Source: Camelus ferus
Lineage: Eukaryota
Direction of reading: 5' to 3'
Length of the DNA stretch: 64,000 nt
Assembly: GCF_009834535.1 (NCBI RefSeq)
Contig: NC_045697.1
Span: 65,226,001-65,290,000 of the forward strand
Below, piece after piece: positions 1 through 14,160 of the stretch (its first letter is position 1; each line of letters opens with the position of its first letter). The notes below the pieces were generated by a model that saw nothing but the letters and a program-made list of their open reading frames with translations, had not been told where the DNA came from and did no database searches. Position numbers and translations under genes: made by a program.

Positions 1-99
1 TTGAGTCCAGCTCTTGTTTAGAAGGGACAGCCTGAGGGCAGTGAGTGCAGTCTGTCCTTCTTGTGTGTTCCAGAGATCAACACTCTACTTGTAAGACCT

Positions 100-283
100 G
101 AAACTTCTTTTTGTAAATAAAGTTTCATTGCAACACAGAATACACATTTGTTTACATCTTCACTGCCTGCTTTTGAACTACAGTAGCAGAGTTGAGCATT
201 TTCAATAGAAGCAATATAACCCATATGCCTAAAATATTACAAGCTGGCCCTTTAAGAAATTGCTTACCAATTTCTGTTCTAGG
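100..283. mobile_element. MER58-like hAT-Charlie MITE fossil
   Basis: tttgtaaataaagtttcattgcaacacag...tacagtagcagagttgag...cctaaaatatt...ctggccctttaagaaa resembles the MER58A consensus. Confidence 0.65.
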
Positions 284-1099
284 GCACCAGTCTGGGAACC
301 TTCTTATCTCTCTATGTAATCAATGAGAATATGGTGGAGAAGGTATTTGGAGACACTAACAGGTGTTTTGCAGGACAAGTATATCCCCCACTGTTTTCAG
401 TAGACATTTTGGTAAGATTAGGGGAATGGTAATCAAGTTATGAGGCTAGCCTTCTGGGAAGGAATAGCATGCCTGGCAGTCAAATTTAAGGCACTTATAC
501 CTGTTTGAAAGGTGTGCACCAGGGTGTAATCTTTAAAGAAAAAAAAATTCTCCTGAAAGACAAAGACCATTAATGTCCATCTCCTCTCCCTACTTCTTAG
601 GAGGTGTAAAGATGTTCCCTCCCCAAGTGTTGGGGTTGCTTCTCTCCCTCCAGCTCCAGAAATTTGGTGTGTCCCGTTTCAGTAGCTGTGGTTTCATTTT
701 TTTCTCTATTAACTCCTATTTGCACTCAAACCTTTCATCAGAAATGGTCAGGTGCAAGAAATGTAAGTACACTTTATAAAAATTATGGAAGCCAATTATG
801 TTCCCCACTTCAGCCTGCATTGGTCACTATAGGGAGACTTGACAAAGTGTACTCACAATGTGCCCATTATCCTTATGATACAGAGTCATGTTCATCTAAT
901 AAAAGACTAGGAGTCTGAAAGAGGATTAAGTCCGAATCTCCTAAGCGCCATTTAGGCCAAGCTGCCACCCAGGCTGGTCTGGAGAAACAGAAAGAAGCAT
1001 CATGCCCAGGAAGGACATCAGCCCATTGAGCCCCGAGCACAGTAACTACAAAACAAAAACAAAAACCTACACTTACATTTTTTTTTTTAAAGCAAGGCT

Positions 1100-2410
1100 T
1101 AATTAGAAAGAAATTAAACTTCCAACTTCAGAATGTAACAAAATAAGGCTATATGAAAGCCTAAGTACAAGAAAGAAGACAATTTTTAAAAAATAATGAA
1201 AATTAATGAAATGGAAAACAAACAATAAAGAAAACTAGCAAAATCTAAAATTACTAATACTTTGTAAAGATTAATAAAATTGATAAATTCTTAACAAAAC
1301 CAAAACCATTATAATAAAACACACACAGAGAAAGTAAAATTTATTAATATCAGGAATAAAAGAGAAAATGTCACTAACTATCTGCAGAAGAAAATGTTGT
1401 ACTGAAAGTCCTACCCACTGAAATAAAGCAAGAAATAAAAGTTAATATTGAATACAGTTTGTAGAGGAAGTAAAAATGTAAGACTGTTTTGAAAATATTG
1501 ATTTAAAAGCTGATTGAATATTGAAAGCTGATTCTAAAATTCATATGGAATATCTAAAGAACTTGTATTGGAGAAAAATTAGATTCAATGTTTTATCTGA
1601 TTTCAAAGCTCATTTCTTGGAGGCCTAGGATTTACAAATAGATCATAGAGTTCAAAAATTTACCCGCACATACACAGTCACTTTGCTATTGACCAATGTG
1701 CCCAGTCAGTGGTGGTGTGCTCTTAACCATTAGTACTAAGAAAACTCTGGATCTGTATGAAAAGAACACATAAAACTTTTAACATATTTATCACACCATA
1801 CAAAAATTAACTCAAGATTGATCACAGACCTAAACTAAAAGCTAGAATTATAAATCTTTTAGAAGGAAAGATAAGAGAAAATCTTCATGACTCTGGGGTA
1901 AACAGAGATTTCTTAAAACACATCAAGAACTAATCAAAAAAGCTAGCAGCAATTTGGACTTCATCAAAATGAAAACTTTCTGCTCATAATAGACACCGTT
2001 AAGAAAATAAATAGGCAGACTACAAACTGGGGAATAGATTTCAATACACATATCTGAAAAACGTGTGTAAATAAATGGGCTATGTAAAGAGTTCAGAGAA
2101 TTACACAAACTAAACTCCTACATAGCAACAGTATGAGACCAACAGAAATATACAATTAAAAGTGTGAAAAAAAGTTATGCAGACAATTATATAAGAAGAT
2201 ATGTAAATAGCCAATAAACACAAGAAGAGGTGCTGAACGATTTTAGTCCACAGGTCTATGCAAATTAAAGCTGGATACCAGTCTGTACCCATTATATTGG
2301 CTGAAGGCCAGTACTACATGCAGGCAAGAATGTGGCAAACTGGAACTCTCCTACTTTGTGGCTGGATGTAAAAATGTACAATTACTATGGAAAGCTGTTT
2401 GGCATTATAG
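1100..2410 (+). mobile_element. Old, fragmented LINE-1 (L1M-type) ORF2/3' region
   Basis: A-rich strand with L1 motifs: aagattaataaaattgataaa, caccatacaaaaattaactcaa, agacctaaa, ttggacttcatcaaaatgaaaactttctgctc, aactggaactctc, ggaaagctgtttggca. No open frame. Confidence 0.8.
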
Positions 2411-5400
2411 ACCCCTGGAAACAGAATTATTGCAAGATAAGCAGTAGAAACATACATATTTTAACATCACCCAGGTGTTTCTGATACAACCAGCTTTGTT
2501 CCTAGGTGAGGCATTTGGAGACAAATTTCAGCAGACATCCTCCTCATTATCTTTAACTGGTATTATTGTTTCTGTCGTATACTTCAAACAGAAAAGAATT
2601 TATTATATTCTGAAAGAGCCTATTTCTTATTATAGATACTGGATATTTCTAATTGTCAGGAAGTTTTTCATTATGTGAAACTTAAAATGTATTGGACAAG
2701 ACAGTCCATTTCTGGGATAATATAAAATAAATAATCCTTTTGTTTGCAAACATTTATCAATAAGTAAAGAAAATGATTATAAGCCATGAGCCTACTTAGT
2801 CTTCTACTGCCTAAGTACCAAGAACAGTTAACCATTTTCAACTTGACGTACTTTTCAGATAGTCCACCTTTGTAAATGCCTGTATCTATTCTATTTTTTC
2901 AGTATTTTTGTATATAGTCTGACACATTTACTGATTACACAATATGCCACATGCTATTTTATTGCCTTAGAGAGGTGAGACCTTTACCTCTTTTTAGCAA
3001 AACAAAAAAATTTGTATCTTGTTGTGTTTTCTCATATTTTCTGCCTTTGTAACATTTTGTTAAATCTTTATTGTATTACTTGTTACATTGCCCTATCCTT
3101 CCAATTTTGCATCATCCTCAATTTGCTTAGCGTGCTGTTTATGCTTTCAGCCAAATTTCTGAGAGGAAATTTGGTCTAGTACGTGGAATATGATATTTAG
3201 GGAGGCTCATTAAAAGCAGTTAGTCATCGGCCGGGCAGGCTCACTATCAGAGAGGTCTAAGCAAGGAATTAGTTGAATGTACCAGCCAGTGGCTAGATTC
3301 CTGAGTCAGGGAGCCTTGGAATTGACAGTATACAGAAGCCAGAAAGATATAGGAATGTCTTGTCTTCAAAATAGAATAAAAGTATATAGATTGACTTAAT
3401 GGGAGGTTTCTATTCTGAGAATATTGAAAGAAAAGTTGAATTTCATGGATGAGTGGACTGAACAGAACTGATTTACAAGACTGACATAAGCAGGAAGGTT
3501 GATGTACATTTCATCAAAGGAGCTATTTGGGTTCTTTAATTTCCTTTGTTTAAAAAAATATTGGTCCCATAGCCTAGTATTGGGATGAATCTATTCAAAA
3601 ACTAATCAATGGGTCCAGTTACGGAGCATGGAGGGATACAGTGATGATAGGGATCTAAGGAGCTTGTTACAGTGGTGATGTAGAGACACGAACTTATTGA
3701 AAGTAGTTGGCTAAATCTTCTTTTTGTGTATTATCTTCCTTCTCAAGCAAGACAGATGGCATTGGTGACTCCAAGCATATTCTTATAGATCATTATACTA
3801 AAAAAAGATCCTTTTCCTTCTTTGTCTATATATCAACATCACACATATGGCTGTTTGTCCACATATCAAATCTCAGGCTCTGTTTGGGTCCTGTGCTAAA
3901 CCTTAAACGAAATAATTAGGTCTGGGACATGGTGGCACTCAATCACCAGCCTGAGTTACATGAAGACCCTCTGGGTGAAGAGAAGGCATATGTGGACACA
4001 TGTGCTCTCCTTTCCAGTTTGAAGGAAACCTTGCTTATAAGAAGAAAATACATATTTAAATATTAATTAGATTATTTTAATTTGATTAACTTAATTTTTA
4101 AATTTAATATTGTTAAATTATAACATGTAAAATTATAAAAGTTTATCTTACTAATTTCCCATTTAAAATTGCTTTTAAAATATTCCTTTCTTAATTTTAG
4201 TTTGATTTGTTTATTTTGGTTAATTTAAACTTGTTTTAATTTCTTAGCTTTTCTGACATTTTCCTTAAGGTTTCAGGATAGTCTTCTAAGTTACAACAAA
4301 ACTTTTACTCATGTGTAAATATCTACTATAATTTGTTAAACTAAGTTTTCTGAAAATCAGCGACCTAGGAGTATATAATAGGTGTTGATAAAATATCTTA
4401 GCATGGAAATGACAAAATGAAAATATACTTCTCTCTGTGTATGGAAATACTTACTTTTTGACATCCATATACACAAAAACAAAGAAAGAAATAAATTCAA
4501 CTTTAAGGATTAGTGAATGGATTATTTATGGACTCCCCTGCATTCTGAAAACACTGATTTAATGATCCCACATTAAAGGTCAGTACATAATTGAGTGACC
4601 TTAAGCACTACCCTTCAGTACATCACCTTCCTTACAGTTAAATTGCCATATGGTAGAACCTTTTGAAATGAACATTGATTGGCCATCATCATGAATGCGT
4701 TCCTAGGAATCATAATATTTATTCTGTGCAGTCCTGATGTAGGTTTAATCAAGGCCTATAAAATGGACACATTCCTCTTAATTTATAGCAAATGTTTATA
4801 ATTACCCTGAGGGTGTTTCCAAATGTCTGATGACTATAATATTATTAACTCTCTCTCCAGACAGTCTTAAAATAGTTTATTACTCATTTGGCCACTTACC
4901 AGCTTTCAGTTCTCTCATTTACTTCTGTGTGCATCAATGAGCATAGAATTAATCAAGGCATCTTATTGAACTATTTTGTTTGCAGTAGTATGTATTATGT
5001 CAAGTAGGCAAGAATGACATTCTGCTACTTTGGGTTTATTCATCAATGTGTGTCCTAAAAAATATTGAGCCAGCATTACTGTAAAAATGACTCTTATACT
5101 GAAATACTATGTCCCAAAGTTAAAATCACAAGTTTTTATCAAGTAGATAATCTCAGTGGATCTCTATTGCTGGATTGTGTCACCTCAAAATCTAATACAG
5201 CACATTATTATCTTTATTTTCTAAATATACTACAAATGACAAGGCAATACTCAGTTAATGACTCAAATTCCTTGAAGGAAGTGTTCTTCTAAACAAAAAA
5301 TTTAAAATAACTCAATGGTTAAAACCCCTTTTTTTCTCCCAGGAAACAAGGTATTGACAGATTTTGCTATTCATATGCTGGGAAGGGCCATTCAGCTTAA

Positions 5401-6759
5401 TATATCACATGTGTCCAACAGTGTGATGTATTTCTTTTTACCTTAAAAAAAAAGCTACAAGACTCTAAATATCAATTTTAAAGCTTGACATCCTGTTGCA
5501 ACTTCAGCAACATCAAGCTTCAATGATGCGGTACTGCCATCTCTTGCTCAGTGAGGCCTTCAAAGCGTTAAGTGCTCAAAATGATTAAATGTGTGTTATC
5601 TACTCAAACGAAGGAGTTGAGTAGAGGAAAAGAATTTAGGCTTACAAAGCCTAAGTTACAAATATCTTTTCCTACCAAATTCAATATTTTAAAGGTGATA
5701 TTTGAATACAATGATCAGGCTGAAAATTACTATTTAATATATTCTAGAGAATGCCACTAAATTTAAATGGCAACTACAGTCTTGAAAATGAGTAGTACTG
5801 TAAGATTTTTCTAGCTGTAATAGGGTCAGTGTTATCATCAGATGTGTAGCTAGCAAGCTCCTTGAGAGCAGAGATCGTCTTGCTGAACGTTCTCTTCCAA
5901 GGACCTCCCACAATGCGTGGCACAGAGTAAGCAGAGACTTGATTCTAAAAGCGATCTGTTTGGATGCTGACCACTGGTTTAGGATGAACAATAGGGTATC
6001 GTATTTCTGGTTTGGGGGTTAGTTTAGAAATGTGTTTATGCATTAGATTCTAATATTACCTGGGATTTTTCTACTTTAATCTAGTTTAAGGTAAGCCATT
6101 TATAGTAGAGAGATTAAATTTAATCTTACACCAGTGATTATAATAAAGTCATTGTTTTACACAATTTAGTAAAACAAATCATTGTACTTCAATCAGCCAC
6201 TACCTCCTGGAGAGTTGTGGGAAGTTGGTCTAAGTAAGTAACAGAAATTAAATATCACAGAAATTGATAGTTGCTAGAATATCAAGTTCTAAGGGTGTTA
6301 CCTAGATCAACTTTTAGTCCCTATCATGATTTTTTTTTTGTTTTCCATTTTTCCATAGGTATAAATAAATAAACAAACAAAGAAAAAAACAGCCTAAGGA
6401 AATTAAAAACAAATGGGACTTTTGACTGGGTTAATAAAGTCTTGATTATGAGAATGTACATTGCATAGAAAGTTGCAGTTTACAAACTGCTTCAATATTT
6501 CACACACCTTACTTACTTTTACTAAAATAACTCAGTGATTAGGTGATATAACTTTATTTTTGCATCAATAAGGTGTGATCAGTTGTTACTTTCCCTGTGC
6601 TTCTATTCTTTTGTTACATTTCTTTAATTGGCATTAATCACATTAAAACAATTACTGGTTTAAATTGTCATTTCCTCCACTAAACGATATACTTCAAGAA
6701 CAGGAACTGTGCCTTCACCTTCATTACCAGACTACCAGAGGTTGATCAAAAGACTATGC

Positions 6760-7210
6760 ATTAGTCAACATCCTTTCTCTTGAAAGTGACAGCTCATTTC
6801 AAACTAGATAAGCAAAAAAAGAAAAAAAAATATTAACTTGTGTAGTTGGGAAGTCTAAGAAATGGCCAGCTTGTCTCTGTTCCACTTCACTTGCTGGCTA
6901 CATTCTCAGTTTCTCACTAGACATGCTGGCTCTTGCAATTCCAAGACTGCATCATTACAACTTGTGATACAAAAGAAAGATCATTTTTTTTTCCTTATCC
7001 ATATATGAAATTTCAGTCATTGCTTGGGCCCTGTGACTATCTGTGAACTAATTATTAGGCCAAAGACATGGAGAGCTCAGGTTGACCATCTGGTAATAAA
7101 TGCAGAGGGTTGAGCACATATGGAATACATATGTGTTAAATGTAAAATAATGTTTTGTTATTTGAGTAAAGGGGGAGAAATACTGGGAAGGTAAAAACAA
7201 CAGATGCCAC
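6760..7210 (-). mobile_element. Ancient MaLR LTR (MLT1K/L-like), degraded
   Basis: ttagtc...gaaagtgacagctcatttcaaactagataagcaaaaaa and ...atactgggaaggtaaaaacaacagatgccac resemble late MLT1 subfamilies. Confidence 0.45.
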
Positions 7211-7487
7211 CTATGAAACTGATACTGAGTTCACAGGACTGTGTGGTTAACAAAGTAAGCATCCAAGCTTGATTTTCTGACATCAAGTATAGTGTGTTTC
7301 CCCAAGATAAAAAGTTGTTTTAAAAAAGAAAGATGTCCCAGTAATAAAATTTAAATAAAAAATTATTTAAAAAAGAAAGAAAAAAAGATGAAATATTGAC
7401 TAGAAATGACTAATAAGGGCTTTTTGTGTCAAATTACCCTGAAAATCAAAACAATAACCTTTGAATCCATAAATGTAAGGAAAATTT

Positions 7488-7857
7488 CTGGATGCATTCT
7501 GTCCTGTGCCACCCAAATTCCCCTTCAAAAGTGAAGGACTTATTCTCCCAGCAGCAAGGAGAGTTCTGGCAGCTGACTATCCTTTCCAGGAATTGCCCTC
7601 AGCTGAAGAGAGCCATGGACCAAAGTCCATGCAGCATTATCAAAGCCCTCCTTCCACCAGCTCGAACTCGGGGTAACCCTGAAGGCCGTGTCACTTCCAG
7701 AGCTCTCTGGTGGGACTGCGTCACAGCTTTCCCTCTGCAGACCTTTGCCCCCATTCCTTGTCACACAGGTGTCACTTCTGAGAGCAGTCCCTAGTGAACC
7801 TCCTACTCTCCAATCTCTACTTCAGAGTCTGCTTCCCTGAAAACTCAGTCTTCTACA
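7488..7857 (+). mobile_element. ERVL solo LTR, LTR16A-like
   Basis: ggatgc...ccacccaaattccccttca...ggaattgccctcagctgaagagag...cacaggtgt...ctacttcagagtctgcttccctgaaaactc...aca is collinear with the LTR16A consensus. Confidence 0.75.
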
Positions 7858-8264
7858 GTCTCGTATGTTTTTCTTGGGCCTGAAAACCAACTAGAGTTAG
7901 TCTAAATACTAACTGAACATAATTAAATGTTACCGGGAGAGGTGTTTATAAGTTTACAAATGTCTTTTATTTTACATGCTCTTCTATTTACATAAGACGT
8001 AATACACACAGTTAACACGTGAATATCTGTACGTTACCTTCTTATATAATATGGATAGGAAAACAATCGTTAAGAGCAGTGACTGTGCTGGTCCAGCTTG
8101 TCCAGTAACTACTCTTAAGGGAAGCAAGCAGATTAGACTAAGAGACCATAATCTAGGCAGTGTGAGAATGTTTTGGGTGTGTACATTTACTGGGGAGAAA
8201 AGGGATTCATAACCTTCATGATTTTTCTCAGAGGAGTCTGTGACACAAAGAACGTTAAGAAGTT

Positions 8265-8452
8265 GGAGCACTGGTTCCCAGACCGGTTTCCTAAAAATCA
8301 TCGGGTTAAAAATCTCTGGGTTTTGTCAGGAGAGTTTCTCATTCCATAGGAATGGAATGGGGCTAAGGAATATTCCTTTTTGGACAAGTTTTCCAAATGA
8401 TTCTAGAATAAAATTCAGTGGACCACAATTTGAAAAATACCAACCTAGGGAC
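8265..8452. mobile_element. MER5-like hAT-Charlie MITE
   Basis: cactggttccca...acaagttttccaaatgattct...gaccacaatttgaaaaatac. Similar MER5-like pieces occur at approx. 2410-2510, 10700-10800, 28490-28740, 44140-44265 and 59130-59230. Confidence 0.55.
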
Positions 8453-8465
8453 TAAACTGTACTTC

Positions 8466-8984
8466 TATATTAGTTTTCTGTTGCTGATGTAATAAGTGAT
8501 CACAGATTTAGAGGGTTAACCAACACAAATTGTTATCTTACAGTTCTGTAGGTCAGAAGTCTCACTTGGGATCACAATGGGCCATAATCAAGGGGTAAGC
8601 AAGGCTGTGTTCCTTTCTGTAGGTTCTTGGGGAGAGTCAGTTTTTTGTGCTGCGTTTAAGGACCATCCACATGTCTTCTTTCAAGGTCACCTTCCTTCAT
8701 CTTCAGATATCCATCTCTAAAGTTTCCAAAAAGTCTCAACTCATTCTTTGGTAGTCAAATCTCCCTTTGACTCTCCTCTTCTGCCTCCTCCTTTTAATTG
8801 TAAGGACCCTGTGATTACACTAATCCTGCTGAAGTAATAGGAGCTGTCTATTTTAAGGTCAGGTGATTGACAACCTTAATGTCATCTGGAGTATTAGTTC
8901 CTCTTTGCTGTGTAACCTAACCTATCCATAGATTCCAGGGATTAGGACTTGGGCATATCTGGGAGGTCATTTTCTGCCTACCTC
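8466..8984 (-). mobile_element. MaLR solo LTR (MLT1D-like)
   Basis: tattagttttctgttgctg...tcttacagttctgtaggtcagaagtc...aaggaccctgtgattacact...gattccagggattaggacttgggcatatct...ttctgcctacc. Confidence 0.8.
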
Positions 8985-9944
8985 ACGCAGGAAAAAAAAA
9001 ATTTTTTTTTGTCCTAATCTTGTGTTCAATAACTTAGTCAGTGAGTCTTCCATCACTTGCTGTTATATAATTATCTGGTCGGTAGAATTAAGAATCTCTG
9101 GGAACTATTGAAACGGCCATTTACCTTTCTGTTATCAATAAATAACATCTAGTCATCCCACAGGCCTGGAAGCTTTATGAGGTCAGGCATCACCTCTTGT
9201 CTTTTTAATTTCTATAACCTGTAGCATTTTACTCATCTCCTGCCAACTAACAAGATACACAGATAATGTAGCTGGATAATTGTGGTGGTTGATCACATTC
9301 ACAAATTGACAAAGTCAAAGGCCCAGTCTCTTTTTTAATTTTTCCATAGTGATAAGTGTTTGATGTTACTCTCAAATAAGCAAAACTACTATTGTTCACT
9401 TAACTCCTGCATTCCAAGACTCTAAAATATTATGCTTGCTATTTTGGGCAGCTAGCCATCAGTAAACCTTTAGGTGATTCTGTTCTATTGGGGGAGAGAG
9501 GGGTGGTCCCTTAAGCTATTATGAACTACTATTAACAATAATAACAACTACCATGTGTGAGAACCTACACGGGATTTCCCATGCAGGCACACACACCACC
9601 CTCCTCACTAATTAATCTTTCAAGATATCTATAAGATAACGATGTCTTCATTTACAGATCAGAAAAAATTTTGAAAACTTTATAATCACTTATCTAGGCA
9701 GTGTAACCAGCACTGCAGACTAAGGAAACAGAGGAACAGAAGCAATCTTTTATCATATCACTTTTCTGGCCAAATGACAATAAGTATGTTTTAAAATTTC
9801 TGGTCAAAAATAAAAGCTAGAAAAGTTCATAGTGTTTTAAATCAAGGGAAGATCATTTACAAGCTGAATTTGTATCATGCTTTCTAAATCACATCAGACT
9901 GCTTTTCATTCCGTACACATCGCCTACCATCTACATATTCAGAT

Positions 9945-10430
9945 CCTCTACTTAAAACTTTCAAGCGATTAAAACTGTCAGAAAAAAATCAGAACCTCTT
10001 TCTGTGTCTCACAAGGATCCATCTGATTTGACCTTCTCTCTCCATACAACTTCACCAAACTCTGCCCTTCCTAGCTCCACCCTCGCTAGCTTGGCTGCAG
10101 CCAGGCTGAAATCCTGTAGGTACTTCAGACACAAGCTCTTGGCCGTGCCTCCGGGCACTGCTGTTGGCCTCTCATCCCATCTCTCTGGGCAAAGTTTTCT
10201 CATCCTTTTGATCACAGCTTAAATATCAGTTTCCAGAGAAAACTTCCTTGAGTATTCTAAGTAAAAGAGATCCTCCTCCTCACCCTATGATTATCTACCA
10301 GCACGCCCTTATTACTTCCTTCAGGGCACTTAGTGTGATTTGTGCGTATTACTTTGTGGACTTGTTTATTGTCTGCCTCAATCTTGGGAGGGATAGTCAC
10401 AGTTGTATTCTGGGCACACAGCATCTGTTA
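9945..10430 (+). mobile_element. LINE-2 3' fragment
   Basis: ctctacttaaaactttcaa...cagcttaaatatcagtttccagagaaaacttccttga...cacttagtgtgatttg...ttgtttattgtctgcctc. Confidence 0.65.
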
Positions 10431-12353
10431 CTGTATTCTACAATTTTTTTTTAAACAATCTTTTCCCTCAAAGTTAAGATACAAAATTGCACTGGGATTT
10501 TATTTCTATGAGCAGAGATTTCCTAGAGCACAAATGATCTGAAACCTTTGTTCTGGTCACACTGTGTTTTCTGAACATCTCTACTTATTTCAATGTATTT
10601 TTGGCTTTGTCTGTCTTATATTTAGGTGCACATTAAGTGATACAAACTAAAAAACAACAGCTTTACAATTCAAAATCAAGGATCTGCTCTGACACATATT
10701 TTAAAGGCGTATTGGTTCTGAGATGGGGCCCAGGCTTCAGCCTTTTTGATAAGATTTCTAAGTGATTCTGATTTACAACAAAGTTTGAGAAGGCCTGCTT
10801 GAGTGTGAACATAGTTCTGTTATATGTCTCCCTGTATCTGCTGAATTTCATCAGATCTAACCCTTTGTTTAATCCATGCTTGAGTACCTTACATCCTTAG
10901 GAACTTTCTGACCTGGATATTTAATGAGTATATAATACCTTTACTATTCCAGCTCCTTTTATCTCATTCTGCTCTATATGAGGATTTGTTCTTTTAAGCC
11001 ACTATGATGCTGACATCCTGGGTTTAAAATTTAATTAGGAATAAGGAATATAAGGTAAAATTTATGCAGTTATCTATCGTGAAGAGTTTGAGAGTCAGAT
11101 AACTGAACATGTAATATTTATAGTAGTTGTTTTAAAATAAAACTAATCATAAAAAAGCAAATTTCAAAATTATTATTTTTAATGTGTTACCTTGCAAATA
11201 CAGACTTTGGTTATGAGCAAATGTTAGTTTCCAAATTTGTCACTATTTTTTTTCTTACTCTGTGGGCTTATATATTGCTTTTAATTGCTAATGTATTTTT
11301 TTTAAATGACATTATTGTCCTTGAGAGATAAATTTTACATGCATGCAAAAATTTAGGAATTTTGAGATAATTCGATTCATAATATGCAACCTACAATTCA
11401 TTCACTCCTTATCTTAACTAGCTTTTTTTTTTTCCCTCCTTTTAACATTTTATGTTATACAGAAGAATATACAGTACTTCATAGTCAGAACAAATCTGCT
11501 ATATTAAGATTATATTGTGCCAGGTACATCTTCCAATCATACCTATCAATGTTTTGATGCCCTTCTTTTATAAACAGCCAATGTGGCACTAGGAAGAATT
11601 ACCTGTAACATTTCAGACACTTAATTGTTACTTAAATATAAGTGAAAGTACAAATTTCTAAGCACTTTATTTAGACTGTATTTTACTCTCATTTAAATGT
11701 GAAATAGACACGTTTTACTTGATTATCTTTCAGAACTTTGCTTATTTTGGAAAATGTGTGTGAATATTTTGTTAAAATTTATGTTTTACACACAAATTAT
11801 ATCCCCCATACTCCTGAAAATAAACCATCTTTACCAAATTGGCCAGATTTGAGCTAACAAAGGAGTACACCTAAAATAGGCAAAAATGTAGCTGTTTTAT
11901 TTATTTGTGGTCTAGGTGACCTAAGACCCTTTGAAGACAACATGTCAAGGCTCACCCTCTTTCTATTTAGATTGAAAAATGTCAAGGTTAGTGATATTGT
12001 TGCCTATTTTAAGAAATTATAGTAATCTTGATTCAGATTCATCAGCCATTAATGATATCCATGTTTTGCCTGAGATTAATGTCACTGTTTAATGTAGAGG
12101 TAAAATAAGGAGTGTACCCTCTTTATCTCACGTTTGCTTTAGGGAAGTGAGGATCTTCCCCAGTCACCTCCCTCCCCCCGTGTCCTAACATTTTCCAGAA
12201 GAGAGATAATCTACAAGGCTCTGTGAAGAGAAATTCATTTAAAAAATAACAATTCTACATCTTTCACGTAAACACATTTAACGTACTCAACCTTAAACGT
12301 ATTTGAGAGTTCCATCAGCTACTCAATTAGTTTTAGATAGCCTGCAGTGCTGA

Positions 12354-12689
<336 letters not shown>

Positions 12690-13974
12690 TAAATGCTTTG
12701 GAATAGACCCCACCGAGGAGATGAAAATTAAGAGCAGTGTGAGGGAATTAACTACACAGCTCTCATTAGCACTAATTGAGGTAGCACCGTGATTTTTGCT
12801 CATCACATTTACCCCGTACTGTCCAGTTAATTGCCAAGATGCTTTGTATTTATATATATTTAGGCTCATAGCCAGGATGATTATAAGAAACCTTCTGGGG
12901 ATTTAAAAGTGCTGTTTACCTGATTGGATTTAACAAGTTGTCTAACTAATACTTAAATTTTTTATGCAAGTTAAAGTTTTGCTTCTGAGAAGAGATTGCC
13001 TTGAATCAGGCTATTGTTGCCTAAACATGATTACTTTTACAAAAACATATAGCAGACTTACTTCTGCTCTGTGAACTCTGTACCAAACCAAATAATTAAA
13101 ACTATCTGAAACTCTGCAAACTGATGACCTCTGTACATTTCATGATGCTGGATCCTCAAAATTTTAACTGTATCTGTTCATTTGGCTAGAAGCTCTGAAA
13201 CTTTTTTCAAAATACAATTAAGACTTTCTAATGATTGGTATAACATCTCTATATTCTAAAAATCTTTGCTGTTGCCTTACAAAATATTATTGTCAAGTCA
13301 TTTTTTGCCTTACTTCAAATTTTTAAATTTTATATAGTGCTAGAACATTACATGCTTTCACATGGCTTTTACTACTAGTTTAAAAAAATTTGATGACTTT
13401 ATTTGATTAGTACTTTTTTCTTCATTTCTCCATTATGCTTTCTTTAGCTCCCAAAGTGCTATTATAAAGCCTCCAAATTAGGAAAGTGTTAGAAGTTCTT
13501 TACACTATAATATAATTGGTATTAGGGAACTTGAAACAGGATATAAATTACTAAAAAAAAATAAAATTTTTGGAAAATATCAACATTTTTTAATCAAAAA
13601 ATTTGTTACAAAGTTTAAGGACAAAATATAGAACTTTGACCTTTCTAAGTCTAGCAAATGACTCAGAGGGTCTCATTGAACGCTGGATTTTTCTTTCAAT
13701 GTAAAAAATATTTCCAATTTCACAAAAGTTTGCTCTTTCCTTTAAGAAACATAAAATATACTGTAAGATTGAAGGTAAATACACAAAGACATGATATAAT
13801 TTGGAATATTCAAATTGTAATAAATAAGGCTGAAGTGTCTATTGTTGGTTTTGGTTGGAGAGATCAGAGAAGGCTTCATTGAGAAGGCACATTTGAATCA
13901 GACCTAGTATATCGTGTAGGAAATTCACGAAAGAGAAGTGGTATTTAACAGACAAATACAAGCCATCTCACCTA

Positions 13975-14160
13975 CTTTCTGGTCATGTGAAGTGAACAAA
14001 TTACTTGACATTTTTGAGTCTCTGTTTTTTCACCAGTAAAATGGAAATGATTATTGATTTCAATTGATTATATTTGTAATGCTGATTAATGAGATATAAT
14101 AAACCTTAAAGAGATGGTGGGGTGGGAGTTGGCGCCTAGTAGATGCTTAAGAAATGGTGA
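13975..14160 (+). mobile_element. MIR SINE
   Basis: MIR core: tgtga...acaaattacttgacatttttgagtctctgttt...gtaaaatggaaatga. Confidence 0.6.

Noticed and set aside
5325..5356. 8-nt microexon-like motif (tttctcccAG GAAACAAG GTATTG)
   Set aside because: Not frame-preserving, weak donor, no other support.
6330..6364. Recursive-splice-like site (pyrimidine tract, AG|GTATAA)
   Set aside because: The reconstituted donor is weak and this is not the long intron; likely chance.
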